Shown here: positions 22,167 to 31,764 of the stretch, piece by piece
How positions within the stretch are numbered: the stretch's first letter is position 1
How the letters are laid out: each line of letters starts with the position of its first letter
DNA from: an uncultured Candidatus Rokubacteria bacterium
GTDB lineage: Bacteria; Methylomirabilota; Methylomirabilia; Rokubacteriales; CSP1-6
Assembly: GCA_963771355.1 (NCBI GenBank)
Contig: CAVYTA010000006.1
Span: 1,152,001 to 1,216,000 of the forward strand
Length of the DNA: 64,000 bases
Reading direction: 5' to 3'
Position numbers and translations under genes: made by a program
Notes under the pieces: generated by a model
Told to the model about the DNA's origin: nothing
The model's input: the letters and a program-made list of their open reading frames with translations, nothing else
The model's database searches: none

Positions 22167-23678
22167 CTATTCAGCGGCGGCGGGCACCGAGGACCGCCGG
22201 AGCCGGCGGCGGTACGCGGCGACCAACGGCAGCGCGAAAAAGAAGAGCGCCGCCACGGTGATCACACCTGAGATCGGGCTCGCCAGGAAGATCAGGAGCG
22301 ATCCCTGCGACATGATCAGGCTCTGCCGCAGCGCGTTCTCCGCGAGATCCCCCAGGACGAGCGCCAGCACCAGGGGCGCCAGCGGATAGTCCAGCTTCTT
22401 GAACACGTAGCCGATGACGCCGAACACGAGCATATACCAGATGTCGATCATGCTGCTGTGGACGGAGTAGGCGCCGATGGCGCAGACGCTGACGATGAGC
22501 GGGGTCAGGATGGCGAACGGGACCCGCAGGATGGCGGCGAAGAGCGGAACGAAGGCCAGGACCATGATCACGCCGATGATGTTGCCGGTGTACATGCTCG
22601 CGATGAGGCCCCACACGAAGTCCGGCCGCTCCTTGAAGAGCATCGGGCCGGGCTGGAGCCCCCAGATGATGAGCCCGCCCAGCATGACGGCGGCGGTGGG
22701 GGAGCCGGGAATGCCCAGCGTGATCATGGGGAGCAGCGCGGCCCCGCCCGCGGCATGCGCAGCCGTCTCGGGGGCCACCACGCCCTCGATGTCCCCCTTC
22801 CCGAAGCGCTCGGGGTGCTTCGAGAACCGCTTCGCGAAGGCATAGCTCATGAAGGACGCGGGCGTCGCCCCGCCGGGCTTGAAGCCCATCCAGAAGCCAA
22901 TGAACGCGCTCCGGATGAAGGTGCGCGAGTACTGGGGCAGCGTCTTCCACGTCTGCCAGACCACCTTCGGGTTGATCCGCACCGCCGCGCCCCGAAAGGC
23001 CAGCCCTTCCTCCATGGTGAGCAGGATCTCACCGATCCCGAACAACCCGATGACCGCGATGATGAAATCGAAGCCCTTCATCAGCTCGGTGAAGCCGAAG
23101 GTGAGGCGGAGCGCCCCCGTCACGATGTCGAGCCCGACGGAGGCGAGGATGAAGCCGATGAGAATGGCCACCAGCGACTTGAGCGGGTTGCCGCCGCCCA
23201 GGCCGATGAAGGACGAGAAGGTGAGGAGCTGGATGGCGAAGAACTCCGGCGGCCCGAACTTGAGCGCGATCTCTGCGAGGATGGGGGCGAAGAGGGTGAT
23301 CAGCACCACCGAGAACAGCGCCCCCACGAAGGACGAGGTGAAGGCCGCGGTCAGCGCCTGGCCCCCTTCCCCGCGCCGGGCCATGGGGTACCCGTCGAAG
23401 GTGGTCGCCACCGACCACGGCTCCCCCGGGATATTGAACAGGATCGAGGTGATGGCTCCGCCGAAGAGCGCCCCCCAGTAGAGGCTCGTGAGCAGGATGA
23501 TGGCCGAGGTCGGCTCCATCGAGAAGGTCAGCGGCAGCAGGATCGCGACCCCGTTGGCCCCGCCCAGTCCCGGCAGGACGCCGATGACGGTCCCCAGCGT
23601 GATCCCCACCACCGCGATGAACAGGTTGTAGGGAGTGAGGGCGACCTGGAAGCCGAGGAGCAGGTTCTCGAATCCCAC
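22167..23678 (-). CDS. tctA: Tripartite tricarboxylate transporter large permease
   Basis: GVLPGLG, SILFNIPG, TFDGYPMA, GVVAPETA, LGIPGS. Confidence 0.93.
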   Translation of the reverse strand: MGFENLLLGFQVALTPYNLFIAVVGITLGTVIGVLPGLGGANGVAILLPLTFSMEPTSAIILLTSLYWGALFGGAITSILFNIPGEPWSVATTFDGYPMARRGEGGQALTAAFTSSFVGALFSVVLITLFAPILAEIALKFGPPEFFAIQLLTFSSFIGLGGGNPLKSLVAILIGFILASVGLDIVTGALRLTFGFTELMKGFDFIIAVIGLFGIGEILLTMEEGLAFRGAAVRINPKVVWQTWKTLPQYSRTFIRSAFIGFWMGFKPGGATPASFMSYAFAKRFSKHPERFGKGDIEGVVAPETAAHAAGGAALLPMITLGIPGSPTAAVMLGGLIIWGLQPGPMLFKERPDFVWGLIASMYTGNIIGVIMVLAFVPLFAAILRVPFAILTPLIVSVCAIGAYSVHSSMIDIWYMLVFGVIGYVFKKLDYPLAPLVLALVLGDLAENALRQSLIMSQGSLLIFLASPISGVITVAALFFFALPLVAAYRRRLRRSSVPAAAE

Positions 23679-23681
23679 CGG

Positions 23682-24143
23682 TCAGTAGCCCAGCCAGGCT
23701 TCCAGCGGGCCCTTGGGCATGGGCACGAGGAACCAGCGCTCGAAGACGACGAAGGTGACGACGGGGAAGGCCACGCTCATGACGGCGACCGCGAGCCAGG
23801 AATGTCGCCCGATCCAGCGCATGTACAGCGCCATGTACAGCGCGGTGGCCACGTAGAGGCCCAGGAACTGAGTGGCCATCACCGCCGCGGTGGCCGGCAG
23901 CAGCACCTTGAGCACCGGGCCCACGCCGTCGCGGCGCACGAACGGCTTGCTCGTTCGGTTGCGCCAGGCCTGGATGGCGATCGCCAGGCAGCAGCCCAGG
24001 AGCAGGAGGGCGAGCCAGAACGGAAAGAATCCGCTGCGGGGCCCATCCGTGCCCCAGCCGACCCCCAGCCGCAGCGCGTCCGCGAGGACGAGCACGCCCA
24101 CGACCATCAATGCCAGCGCGGTCACCACGTCGGCGGTGCGCAT
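23682..24143 (-). CDS. tctB: Tripartite tricarboxylate transporter small permease
   Basis: 4-5 TM segments, GPRSGFFP, VPMPKG; between tctC and tctA. Confidence 0.88.
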   Translation of the reverse strand: MRTADVVTALALMVVGVLVLADALRLGVGWGTDGPRSGFFPFWLALLLLGCCLAIAIQAWRNRTSKPFVRRDGVGPVLKVLLPATAAVMATQFLGLYVATALYMALYMRWIGRHSWLAVAVMSVAFPVVTFVVFERWFLVPMPKGPLEAWLGY

Positions 24144-24204
24144 GCCCCTCCGCATCCGCGGCGTCCGGGGCAGGCCCGCTCCCCGGTTCGCGGGCCGGTC
24201 TCCC

Positions 24205-25218
24205 TTACTTCAGCAGTCCGCCCTTGCTCATGAGGTCGCGGTGGGTCTGCTCCGCCCCCTCGAGCCACTTGACGTAGTCGGCGCCCGTCAGCCACGACGG
24301 CTTGAGTGCGCCCTTGGACAGGTAGTCCTTGAACTCCGGCGTCTCGTACACCTTCTTGAGAAAGCCCTGGTACCACTCCACCGCGTCCTTGGGCATGTCG
24401 GGAGCCCCGAAGATCCCGCGCAGCATCAGGTAGGCGATGTCCGCTCCCAGAGCCTCCTTGGCGGTGGGGATCTCCTTCCAGTCCGGATCGGAAATCCGCG
24501 CGGAGTCGAACACCGCCAGCGGCCGCACCCGACCCGCCTTCCAGTGGCTCACGCACTCGGCGGGGTTGTTGACGGTGGAGTCGACGTGCTTGCCCACCAG
24601 GTTCACGCACACCTCGCCGCCGCCCTTGAACGGCACGTAGGTGAACTTCACCCCCTGCGACTGCTCGAGCAGGATGGTGATGATCTGGTCTTCCTGGGCG
24701 GAGCCGGTGCCGCCCATCTTCATCGTCCCGCCCTTTTCCTTCACCGCGGCGAGATACTCCTTCGCCGTCTTGTACGGCGTCTCCGCGTTCACCCACAGGA
24801 TGAACTCGTCCAGCGCCATGCGCGCGACGGGCGTGAGCTCCTTCCAGTTGAAGGGCACCCCGGTGTGCAGCGGCGTGGTGAAGAGATTGGACAGGGTGAT
24901 GATGATGGTGTGGGCGTCACCCTTCTTGCCCTTGACGTGGAGGAACCCCTCCGCGCCCGCCCCGCCCGACTTGTTGACCACGATGATGGGCCGGGGGGTG
25001 AGCTTGTGCTTCTCCGCGATGCCCGCGATGAGGCGCGCCATCTGGTCGGCCCCGCCGCCCGTGCCCGCGGGGATGACGAACTCGATGGGCTTGGTCGGCT
25101 CCCAGGCGGCCCACGCCGGCGTCACCGGGCTCGCGGCGAGGATCGCCGTCCCCACCACGAGAGCGCCAATGGTTCCCACGAAACCCCTGCTCATGACCCA
25201 TCGCCGTTGACGTCTCAT
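24205..25218 (-). CDS. tctC: Tripartite tricarboxylate transporter substrate-binding protein (Bug/TctC)
   Basis: Signal peptide, PAGTGGGADQMAR, NKSGGAG, YVPFKGGGE. Confidence 0.92.
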   Translation of the reverse strand: MRRQRRWVMSRGFVGTIGALVVGTAILAASPVTPAWAAWEPTKPIEFVIPAGTGGGADQMARLIAGIAEKHKLTPRPIIVVNKSGGAGAEGFLHVKGKKGDAHTIIITLSNLFTTPLHTGVPFNWKELTPVARMALDEFILWVNAETPYKTAKEYLAAVKEKGGTMKMGGTGSAQEDQIITILLEQSQGVKFTYVPFKGGGEVCVNLVGKHVDSTVNNPAECVSHWKAGRVRPLAVFDSARISDPDWKEIPTAKEALGADIAYLMLRGIFGAPDMPKDAVEWYQGFLKKVYETPEFKDYLSKGALKPSWLTGADYVKWLEGAEQTHRDLMSKGGLLK

Positions 25219-25366
25219 GCTGTGTCCTCCACGCGACTGGTTGGCGGGCCGCTGGCCGACGTCATCGCCGGGTCAGTCCCGATCCGGCGGGACGTGACCC
25301 AGCACAGCCTGACACTGAAACCAGGGAACATCCCATCCGGATCCCGGACCCCGCGCGAGGCGGAGC

Positions 25367-26386
25367 TCAGGGGGCGGGAGCGACTTCCCGCTTCTCCTTC
25401 CAGAAGGGGATGACCCCCGGGATCTCCCACTTGTTCCACATCTCGTCGACCTTCGCCTGGAAGTAGTCGAGATCCTCCTCGATGAAGTGGGCGAAGCGGC
25501 CCTGCTTGAGGAGATACTCGCGCACCGGCTTGCGCGGCCGGCCCTCCGCGATGGCCTTGGACTTGCCGTAGTGCCGCACCACCCCGTCCTCGACCTCGTA
25601 GAGCGGGAAGACACCGGTCTCGACCGCGAGCTCGCCCAGCTCGTGCGAGAGCATGGGGTCGTAGTCCCATCCCTTCGGGCACGGGTCGAGGGAGTGGATG
25701 AAGGTCGGCCCGCCGATGGACAGCGCCTTGCGGACCTTGTTCATCATCTCCACCGCATACGACGCGTCCACCGTGGCCACGTACCGGCACTCAGGATGGC
25801 CGGCGGCGAGCATGCCCGCCATGTTCTTCTTCCAGCGCGTGTGGATCAGCCGCTTCACGGAGCCGGGCGGGCTGAAGGTGGTGTTGGCCCCGTAGGGCGT
25901 CGAGCCCGACAGCTGGATGTCGGTATTGGCGTAGGACTCGTTGTCGTACATCAGGATGAGCGAGTTGTACTCCCGATGAGTGAGCGTGGCCGAGATCGCT
26001 CCCAGGCCCATGTCGGCGCCGCCGCCATCGCCGCAGAAGGCGATCACGTTGATCGGCTCCGCCTTCATCCGGCCCTTCTTCATGAGGGCCTTCAGACCGG
26101 CGGCGGTGCCGAGCGCGGCCGAGCCGGACGAGCCGAGCTGGGTATGCATCCACGGCACCACCCAGGGAGTGGTGTAGTACGTGGTATTGGCCACGTACAT
26201 GCAGCCGGTGGCGCCGAGCACGATGGTGCGCGGACCGGCCGCCTTGACCATGAGCTTCATCACCAGCGCCGACTCGCACCCCTGGCAGGTGCGGTGACCC
26301 GAGGTGAAGTACTCCTCGATGGTGACCTTCTTGACGCCCTTGAAGGGCTGGAGGAGCTGGGTCGCGTTCGTGAAGGCCTCAGCCAT
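25367..26386 (-). CDS. 2-oxoacid:ferredoxin oxidoreductase beta (TPP-binding) subunit, oxalate oxidoreductase-like
   Basis: GHRTCQGC, TGCMYVANT, GDGG..YDNESYANT, PCPKGW. Confidence 0.9.
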   Translation of the reverse strand: MAEAFTNATQLLQPFKGVKKVTIEEYFTSGHRTCQGCESALVMKLMVKAAGPRTIVLGATGCMYVANTTYYTTPWVVPWMHTQLGSSGSAALGTAAGLKALMKKGRMKAEPINVIAFCGDGGGADMGLGAISATLTHREYNSLILMYDNESYANTDIQLSGSTPYGANTTFSPPGSVKRLIHTRWKKNMAGMLAAGHPECRYVATVDASYAVEMMNKVRKALSIGGPTFIHSLDPCPKGWDYDPMLSHELGELAVETGVFPLYEVEDGVVRHYGKSKAIAEGRPRKPVREYLLKQGRFAHFIEEDLDYFQAKVDEMWNKWEIPGVIPFWKEKREVAPAP

Positions 26387-26396
26387 ATCGATCTCC

Positions 26397-27620
26397 TTAC
26401 TCTCGGACGCCGAGCCACTGCGTCTTGAGGGGGGACTTCCCGGTCTTGGCCGCCTCGTAGCAGAGATCGGTGGCCTTGTAGACGTCTTCCAGCGTCACCT
26501 CGCGCCCGCCGAGGCCGCAGATGAAGGACAGGAGCGGCGGCCGCTTGTCGGAATTGTACATGGCGGCGCGGATCTCGTTGGCGACGACGCCCGAGCCGAA
26601 GGGCGAGCCGAAGGAATAGTCGCGGTCGATGACCCCGATGGCCTTGGCCCCGGACAGCGCCGCCACCATCTTTTCCGTCGGGAAGGGCCGGAACCAGCGG
26701 GGCCGGATGAGCCCCACCTTCTTGCCCTGCGCGCGCATGTTGCGGATGCCGACCTTGAAGGGCAGCGAGATGGTGCCCATGCCCATGAGGATGACGTCGG
26801 CGTCCTCCGTCATGTATTCCTCGAACCACGGATTCTCGGGACCTCGGCCGAACTCCTTGCGGAAGTCGGCATAGGCCTCCTCGATCACGGTGTAGGCGCG
26901 ATTCATCGCCTCGTTGTTCTGGCGGCGGATCTCGATCACCCAGTCCTCGTTGGCCTGGGGAGCCACCGTGATGGGATTGTCGGGATGGAGCTGCAGGTCG
27001 CCCCGGTCGTACTTGGGGAGGAACCGGTCCACCTTGGCCTTGGTGGGCACCTGGACGATGGTCTGGGAATGGGTGAGGAAGGCGCCGTCCGCCGAGATCG
27101 CGATGGGCAGGAACACCCGCCGGTCCTCGGCGATCCGGTACGCGAGGAGCGTGGTGTCCAGCATCTCCTGGGCGGTGTCCACCCAGATGAGCAACCACCC
27201 CAGATCGCGGACGACGAGGGCGTCGTTGTGCTCCACCCCGAACGCGCCCGGGTCATCGAGGGCGCGGTTTCCCACCATGCACACCATCGGCACTCGGAGC
27301 GGCGGGGTGACGGTGAGGCACTCCATCGCGTACATCCAGCCCACCCCGGACGAGCCGCAGAACACCCGCGCCCCCACGGTGGAGGCGTGCTTGACGATCT
27401 CGAACTGGCTGTGCTCGCCCTCCGCCACGATGTACTCGGCCACCAGAAGCCCATTGGAGATCTTCTTGGCGATGGCCTGCATCACGGTGTCGTAGGGGCG
27501 AATGGGATACGCCGTCACCACGTCGATGTCGGCGAGCGTCAGGGCCTCCGCGCAGGCCTCGCTCCCGGAGATGAGCATTTCCTTGTCATCGGTCACTACC
27601 GGCTTGGTCTCGACGGCCAT
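26397..27620 (-). CDS. 2-oxoacid:ferredoxin oxidoreductase alpha subunit, oxalate oxidoreductase-like
   Basis: AYPIRPY (Arg where PFOR has YPITP), EGEH, GSSGVG, NRALDDPGAFGVEH, RWFRPFP, GLGGRE. Confidence 0.9.
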   Translation of the reverse strand: MAVETKPVVTDDKEMLISGSEACAEALTLADIDVVTAYPIRPYDTVMQAIAKKISNGLLVAEYIVAEGEHSQFEIVKHASTVGARVFCGSSGVGWMYAMECLTVTPPLRVPMVCMVGNRALDDPGAFGVEHNDALVVRDLGWLLIWVDTAQEMLDTTLLAYRIAEDRRVFLPIAISADGAFLTHSQTIVQVPTKAKVDRFLPKYDRGDLQLHPDNPITVAPQANEDWVIEIRRQNNEAMNRAYTVIEEAYADFRKEFGRGPENPWFEEYMTEDADVILMGMGTISLPFKVGIRNMRAQGKKVGLIRPRWFRPFPTEKMVAALSGAKAIGVIDRDYSFGSPFGSGVVANEIRAAMYNSDKRPPLLSFICGLGGREVTLEDVYKATDLCYEAAKTGKSPLKTQWLGVRE

Positions 27621-27635
27621 GGATATCTCCTCGCG

Positions 27636-28841
27636 CTAGACTTTCTTGGCGGCGTTCTCACCGGGGATGCCCGCGGTGATCTCGGTGCCGCCCTGGTCCA
27701 TGTCGTGCTGGATCTCCTGCTCGTACTGGCCGCGGAACCGGAAGCCGTGCGAGCGCACGATGTGCGACTTGTCGTTGATCTTGCCCGTCATCCACGCCGT
27801 GTACTGGCCCTTGTCCTTCCGCCACATCTCCCACTGGCTGGCATTGTCCTCGAAGGAGGCCTCGTTGACCATGGTGATGCAGTCCTTGGCCGGGCACACC
27901 GCCTCGCACACCCCGCAGCCGCAGCAGGACTCCATGTTGGCGTCGTAGAGCCCGTCGGAGGTCACGTCGAAGCAGGAGTCGGGGCACTGGATCCAGCACA
28001 GCGTGCACTTGACACACTTGTCGAAGTCGATCACCGGCCGCATGGTGCGGGTGGTGAACTTCTTGAAGTATGGGTTGCGCTCGGGGACATAGCCCTTGCC
28101 GTCTTCCATGGGCTTCCCGACGGGAATGGCCGGGATGCTGACCCCTTCCCGCATCTCCCACCACTTGGGCTTCTCGAAGGAGAACGGCGTCTCCGTATTG
28201 CCCTCGGCGACCTTGACCGCGCGTGTCTCCAGCCGGTCGTAGGTCTTGCGGGCGGACGCCACCTTGAGATCCGAGCCCCACTCCGCCTCGGCGATCGCCG
28301 CGCACACCGCGTCCAGCGACAGGAAGCCCGGCTGAATCTTGGCCAGAGCGCCCAGGATGCGAGCCTCGGTGTGATCCTCCTTGAACACCCAGAGACCCGA
28401 GAAGGAGGCCTTGGCGCGGATGAGGGCCAGGTTGTACGGAGTGTCCTTCTTGTGGATGTCCTTGAGGAGATCGCCCGCCTGCTGGAGGGAGGTCATCAGC
28501 AGGGTGCCGTTGGGCAGGGTCAGCTGGTTGATCGGCTGGAGGCCGTACCAGGCCCAGGACTCCACGCCCTTGGCGAGGGTGTCGTCCACGCAGATGGTGA
28601 TGTCCACTTCCTTGGGCTCGTACCGGGCCATGTTCTGCTCGAGCTCTTCCTGAGTGTCGGCGACGATGGCGAAGTCCTTGGCGGGGATGCCGTTCCGCTG
28701 AGGGCTGTCGCCGTAGCGCCCGAAGGCGATGCCCCAGCGCCCGGCCTTGCGGGCGGACAGCACGATCCCGCGCACGATGCGGGCGGCCAGGTTCTTCTGG
28801 AAGATGCCGCGGTAGACGACCTCGCACGTGAAATGCGCCAT
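27636..28841 (-). CDS. Fused gamma/delta (2x4Fe-4S) subunit of the same oxidoreductase
   Basis: N-terminal gamma-like domain (FGRYGDSPQRNG), C-terminal RPVIDFDKCVKCTLCWIQCP and CCGCGVCEAVCP. Confidence 0.88.
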   Translation of the reverse strand: MAHFTCEVVYRGIFQKNLAARIVRGIVLSARKAGRWGIAFGRYGDSPQRNGIPAKDFAIVADTQEELEQNMARYEPKEVDITICVDDTLAKGVESWAWYGLQPINQLTLPNGTLLMTSLQQAGDLLKDIHKKDTPYNLALIRAKASFSGLWVFKEDHTEARILGALAKIQPGFLSLDAVCAAIAEAEWGSDLKVASARKTYDRLETRAVKVAEGNTETPFSFEKPKWWEMREGVSIPAIPVGKPMEDGKGYVPERNPYFKKFTTRTMRPVIDFDKCVKCTLCWIQCPDSCFDVTSDGLYDANMESCCGCGVCEAVCPAKDCITMVNEASFEDNASQWEMWRKDKGQYTAWMTGKINDKSHIVRSHGFRFRGQYEQEIQHDMDQGGTEITAGIPGENAAKKV

Positions 28842-28909
28842 GCTTGCCTCCTGATGAAAGGACGAGACGCCTGCGAGCCTACCCGGTCCTGCTGCGAGCC
28901 CTGGTAGGC

Positions 28910-28950
28910 TGGTCGGACCATACTATGCCCACGCGCCCGAGAAGTTTGCA
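28910..28950 (-). promoter_or_regulatory. Putative promoter and FadR/GntR-type operator of the oxidoreductase-tct-terC-gntR operon
   Basis: Palindrome TGGTCGGACCA (28910-28920) abutting a TAGTAT -10-like hexamer on the minus strand; TTGCAA further upstream. Confidence 0.65.
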
Positions 28951-29020
28951 AGCGAGGAAGTGATCGGGACGGCAGGCCACCCGGAACAGCTTTCGGACTG
29001 GGTACTTAGCAGCCAACGCC

Positions 29021-29602
29021 TCAGGCGCCGGCTGAGCGCACCATCCCGCTGAAGTACCGGTGGACGGTGTCGTCGTCCGTGAGCTCCGGATGGAACGCGG
29101 CCACCAGCACCGTGCCCTGGCGGGCCATGATGCATTCCCCCTGGTGGGCCACCAGCGGCGTGACCGCGGGCCCCAGGCGGCGGATGCGGGGCGCCCGGAT
29201 GAAGACGACCTTGAGCGGCGCCGGGCCCGACCCGAGATCGGCGGTCACCTCGGTCTCGAAGGACTCCTTCTGCCGGCCGTAGGCGTTGCGCTCGGCGGTG
29301 ATGTCGATCAAGCCGAGCGAGCGCTGCGGCGGACTCTCGACGTCGCGCGCGAGGAGGATGAGCCCCGCGCAGGTGCCGAAGATGGGCTTGCCCCCGGCGT
29401 GGAACTTCTCGAGCGCCGGGAAGAAGTCCCAGGCGTCCATGAGCTTGAGCAAGGTCGTGCTCTCGCCGCCGGGCATGATGAGACCGGCGAGCCCGTCCAG
29501 CTCCCCCGGCTTGCGGACCTCCCGCCACGGCACGCCGATCCGCTCCAGAGCCCGCGCGTGCAGCGCGAAATCCCCTTGCAGCGCGAGCACGCCGACCGTC
29601 AC
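29021..29602 (-). CDS. pdxT: Pyridoxal 5'-phosphate synthase glutaminase subunit
   Basis: GVLALQG, PGGESTT, GTCAGLI, RNAYGRQ, FIRAP, FHPELT. Confidence 0.96.
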   Translation of the reverse strand: MTVGVLALQGDFALHARALERIGVPWREVRKPGELDGLAGLIMPGGESTTLLKLMDAWDFFPALEKFHAGGKPIFGTCAGLILLARDVESPPQRSLGLIDITAERNAYGRQKESFETEVTADLGSGPAPLKVVFIRAPRIRRLGPAVTPLVAHQGECIMARQGTVLVAAFHPELTDDDTVHRYFSGMVRSAGA

Positions 29603-30180
29603 GCCCGGCGCTCCCGGAGCCACGCCAGCACGGTCTCCGCGTTCCGGTCGGGCGGGAACACGGGGTACCAGACCGTCACGATGCGGCCGCCCTCGACGTA
29701 CCAGGCCATGCGCTTGATGAGGGTGGCGGGCCCGCCCGTCGGCGTGGCGAACTGGAAGGTGGGGAGCGTGAGTGCCTGGGTGAGCTCGAGGGCGGCGTCG
29801 CTGAGGATCTCGAAGGGGATGTGGTTGCGCTCCACGAACTCGCGCTGGTACGCCGTGTCCTGCGTGCTCACCGCGGCGATGCGGACGCCCAGGGCGGCGA
29901 ACTCCGCGGCGAGGTCGCGGAAGCCGCAGCTCTGCGGGGTGCAGCCCCGCGCGCCCGGAATGGCGTCCCACTCCGGGCCGGCGGGGCGTCCTGCCTCGCC
30001 GGTGCGCGGATAGAAGAACAGCACCCCGGGCTCCGCCGACCAGAGACGGAGATCCACCGAGCGCCCGGAGGTGGCCGGCAGCGTCACCGCCGGAACCGCC
30101 GCGCCCGGGAGATGGGCGGTCGCCCCATCGTCCACGGGCACGGGCAGCCCCGCCGGCAGCGTGTGGAGACTTCCCGTCAC
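29599..30180 (-). CDS. Peroxiredoxin (BCP/PrxQ-like)
   Basis: FFYPRTG..IPGARGCTPQSCGFRD, YPVFPPD; overlaps both pdxS stop and pdxT start. Confidence 0.88.
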   Translation of the reverse strand: MTGSLHTLPAGLPVPVDDGATAHLPGAAVPAVTLPATSGRSVDLRLWSAEPGVLFFYPRTGEAGRPAGPEWDAIPGARGCTPQSCGFRDLAAEFAALGVRIAAVSTQDTAYQREFVERNHIPFEILSDAALELTQALTLPTFQFATPTGGPATLIKRMAWYVEGGRIVTVWYPVFPPDRNAETVLAWLRERRA

Positions 30181-31064
30181 TACCAGCCTCGCGTCTGCAG
30201 GAGCTCCGACTCCTTGAGCTTGGAGGTCTCGATGCCGGGCATCGCCTCCCCCAGCTCCTCCGACACCTTCGCCAGCACGTCGGCATCCTTGAAGTGGGTG
30301 GTCGCCTGCACGATGGCCCGCGCGCGCGCGGCGGGATCGGACGACTTGAAGATGCCGGAGCCCACGAACACCGCCTCCGCTCCGAGCTGCATCATCAGCG
30401 CGGCGTCGGCCGGGGTGGCGATACCGCCGGCCGAGAAGTTCGGCACCGGCAGCTTGCCCTCGGCGGCAATGAGGCGCAGCAGCTCGTAGGGCGCGCCGAG
30501 GTTCTTGGCCTCGGTCATGAGCTCCTCCGGCCCCAGCGCCTTCAGCCGCCGGATGCCCGACACCACCGCGCGCATGTGCCGCACCGCCTCGACGATGTTG
30601 CCCGAGCCCGCCTCGCCCTTGGTGCGGATCATCGCGGCGCCCTCGCCGATGCGGCGAAGCGCCTCGCCGAGGTCCCGGCAGCCGCAGACGAAGGGCACCT
30701 TGAAGGCGAACTTGTCCACGTGGAAGTGCTCGTCGGCGGGGGTGAGGACCTCGGACTCGTCGATGTAGTCCACGCCCAGCGACTCCAGGATCTGCGCCTC
30801 GACGAAGTGGCCGATCCGGCACTTGGCCATCACGGGGATGGACACCGCTTGCTGGATCTCCTTGATCTTCTTCACCGGGGACATCCGCGCCACCCCGCCG
30901 TCACGCCGGATGTCGGACGGCACGCGCTCCAGCGCCATCACCGCCACCGCGCCGGCGTCCTCGGCGATCTTGGCCTGGTCGGCATTGGTCACGTCCATGA
31001 TCACGCCGCCCTTGAGCATCTCCGCCAGCCCGACCTTCAGTCTCAGTGTTCCCGTGTCTGCCAT
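30180..31064 (-). CDS. pdxS: Pyridoxal 5'-phosphate synthase lyase subunit
   Basis: [47 protein letters not shown]. Confidence 0.97.
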   Translation of the reverse strand: MADTGTLRLKVGLAEMLKGGVIMDVTNADQAKIAEDAGAVAVMALERVPSDIRRDGGVARMSPVKKIKEIQQAVSIPVMAKCRIGHFVEAQILESLGVDYIDESEVLTPADEHFHVDKFAFKVPFVCGCRDLGEALRRIGEGAAMIRTKGEAGSGNIVEAVRHMRAVVSGIRRLKALGPEELMTEAKNLGAPYELLRLIAAEGKLPVPNFSAGGIATPADAALMMQLGAEAVFVGSGIFKSSDPAARARAIVQATTHFKDADVLAKVSEELGEAMPGIETSKLKESELLQTRGW

Positions 31065-31104
31065 TGCCGTGGTCTCCTTTTCTGGATTGACTGCCGTGGT
31101 GCCG

Positions 31105-31764
31105 TCAGTTCCCGCCCAGTCGGGCGAGAAGGTGCGTCTTGGCCGCCGGCCACTCCGCCTCGAGCAGCGAGAAGGCCGCGGTGTCCCGGATGCCGCCGTC
31201 CGAGGCGGGACGGTGGGCGCGAAGCACGCCGTCGAAGCGAGCCCCGATCCGCTCGATGGCGGCGCGCGAGCGCGCGTTGCGCGCATCGGTGTTGAGCTTC
31301 ACCGCATGCACGCGCCACGTCTCGAACGCGTGCGTGAGCATCAAGAGCTTGGCCTCGGTGTTGATGGGCGTGCGCTGGGCGGCGGCGGCCAGCCAGGTCC
31401 ACCCGACCTCCACCACATCGGGGCGCTCCGCCCCGCGCTGAAGGACATTGCCCGCCGGCCAGGGCCAGAACTCTATATTACCGAAGCGCGTGGACCCCAC
31501 CACCTGCCCGCTCGTGCGCGAGACGGTGGCGAACGGCAGCGCGCGTCCCGCCGCCTGATCGTCGAGGGCCGACGCGATGTAGGCCCGCATGGCGGCCAGA
31601 TCCGGCGGCACCAGGGTGAAGCGGTAGGTGTCGCGGGGCCCCCCGGCCGCCGCGGTGAGCGCGGGCGCATGCGCGAGCGCGAGCGGCTCGAGCCGCACGT
31701 GCTGCCCCTCGAGCGTCACCGCGGTCACGCGCGGACGAGCCACCGCGTCCATGGCCACCGTCAC
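31105..31764 (-). CDS. GNAT (RimJ/RimL-like) N-acetyltransferase
   Basis: [45 protein letters not shown]. Confidence 0.88.
   Translation of the reverse strand: MTVAMDAVARPRVTAVTLEGQHVRLEPLALAHAPALTAAAGGPRDTYRFTLVPPDLAAMRAYIASALDDQAAGRALPFATVSRTSGQVVGSTRFGNIEFWPWPAGNVLQRGAERPDVVEVGWTWLAAAAQRTPINTEAKLLMLTHAFETWRVHAVKLNTDARNARSRAAIERIGARFDGVLRAHRPASDGGIRDTAAFSLLEAEWPAAKTHLLARLGGN

Noticed and set aside
28871..28910. CTGCGAGCC direct repeat and AGCCTACC/GGTAGGCT stem in the oxidoreductase leader as a riboswitch
   Set aside because: Short single stem with no recognisable aptamer consensus.
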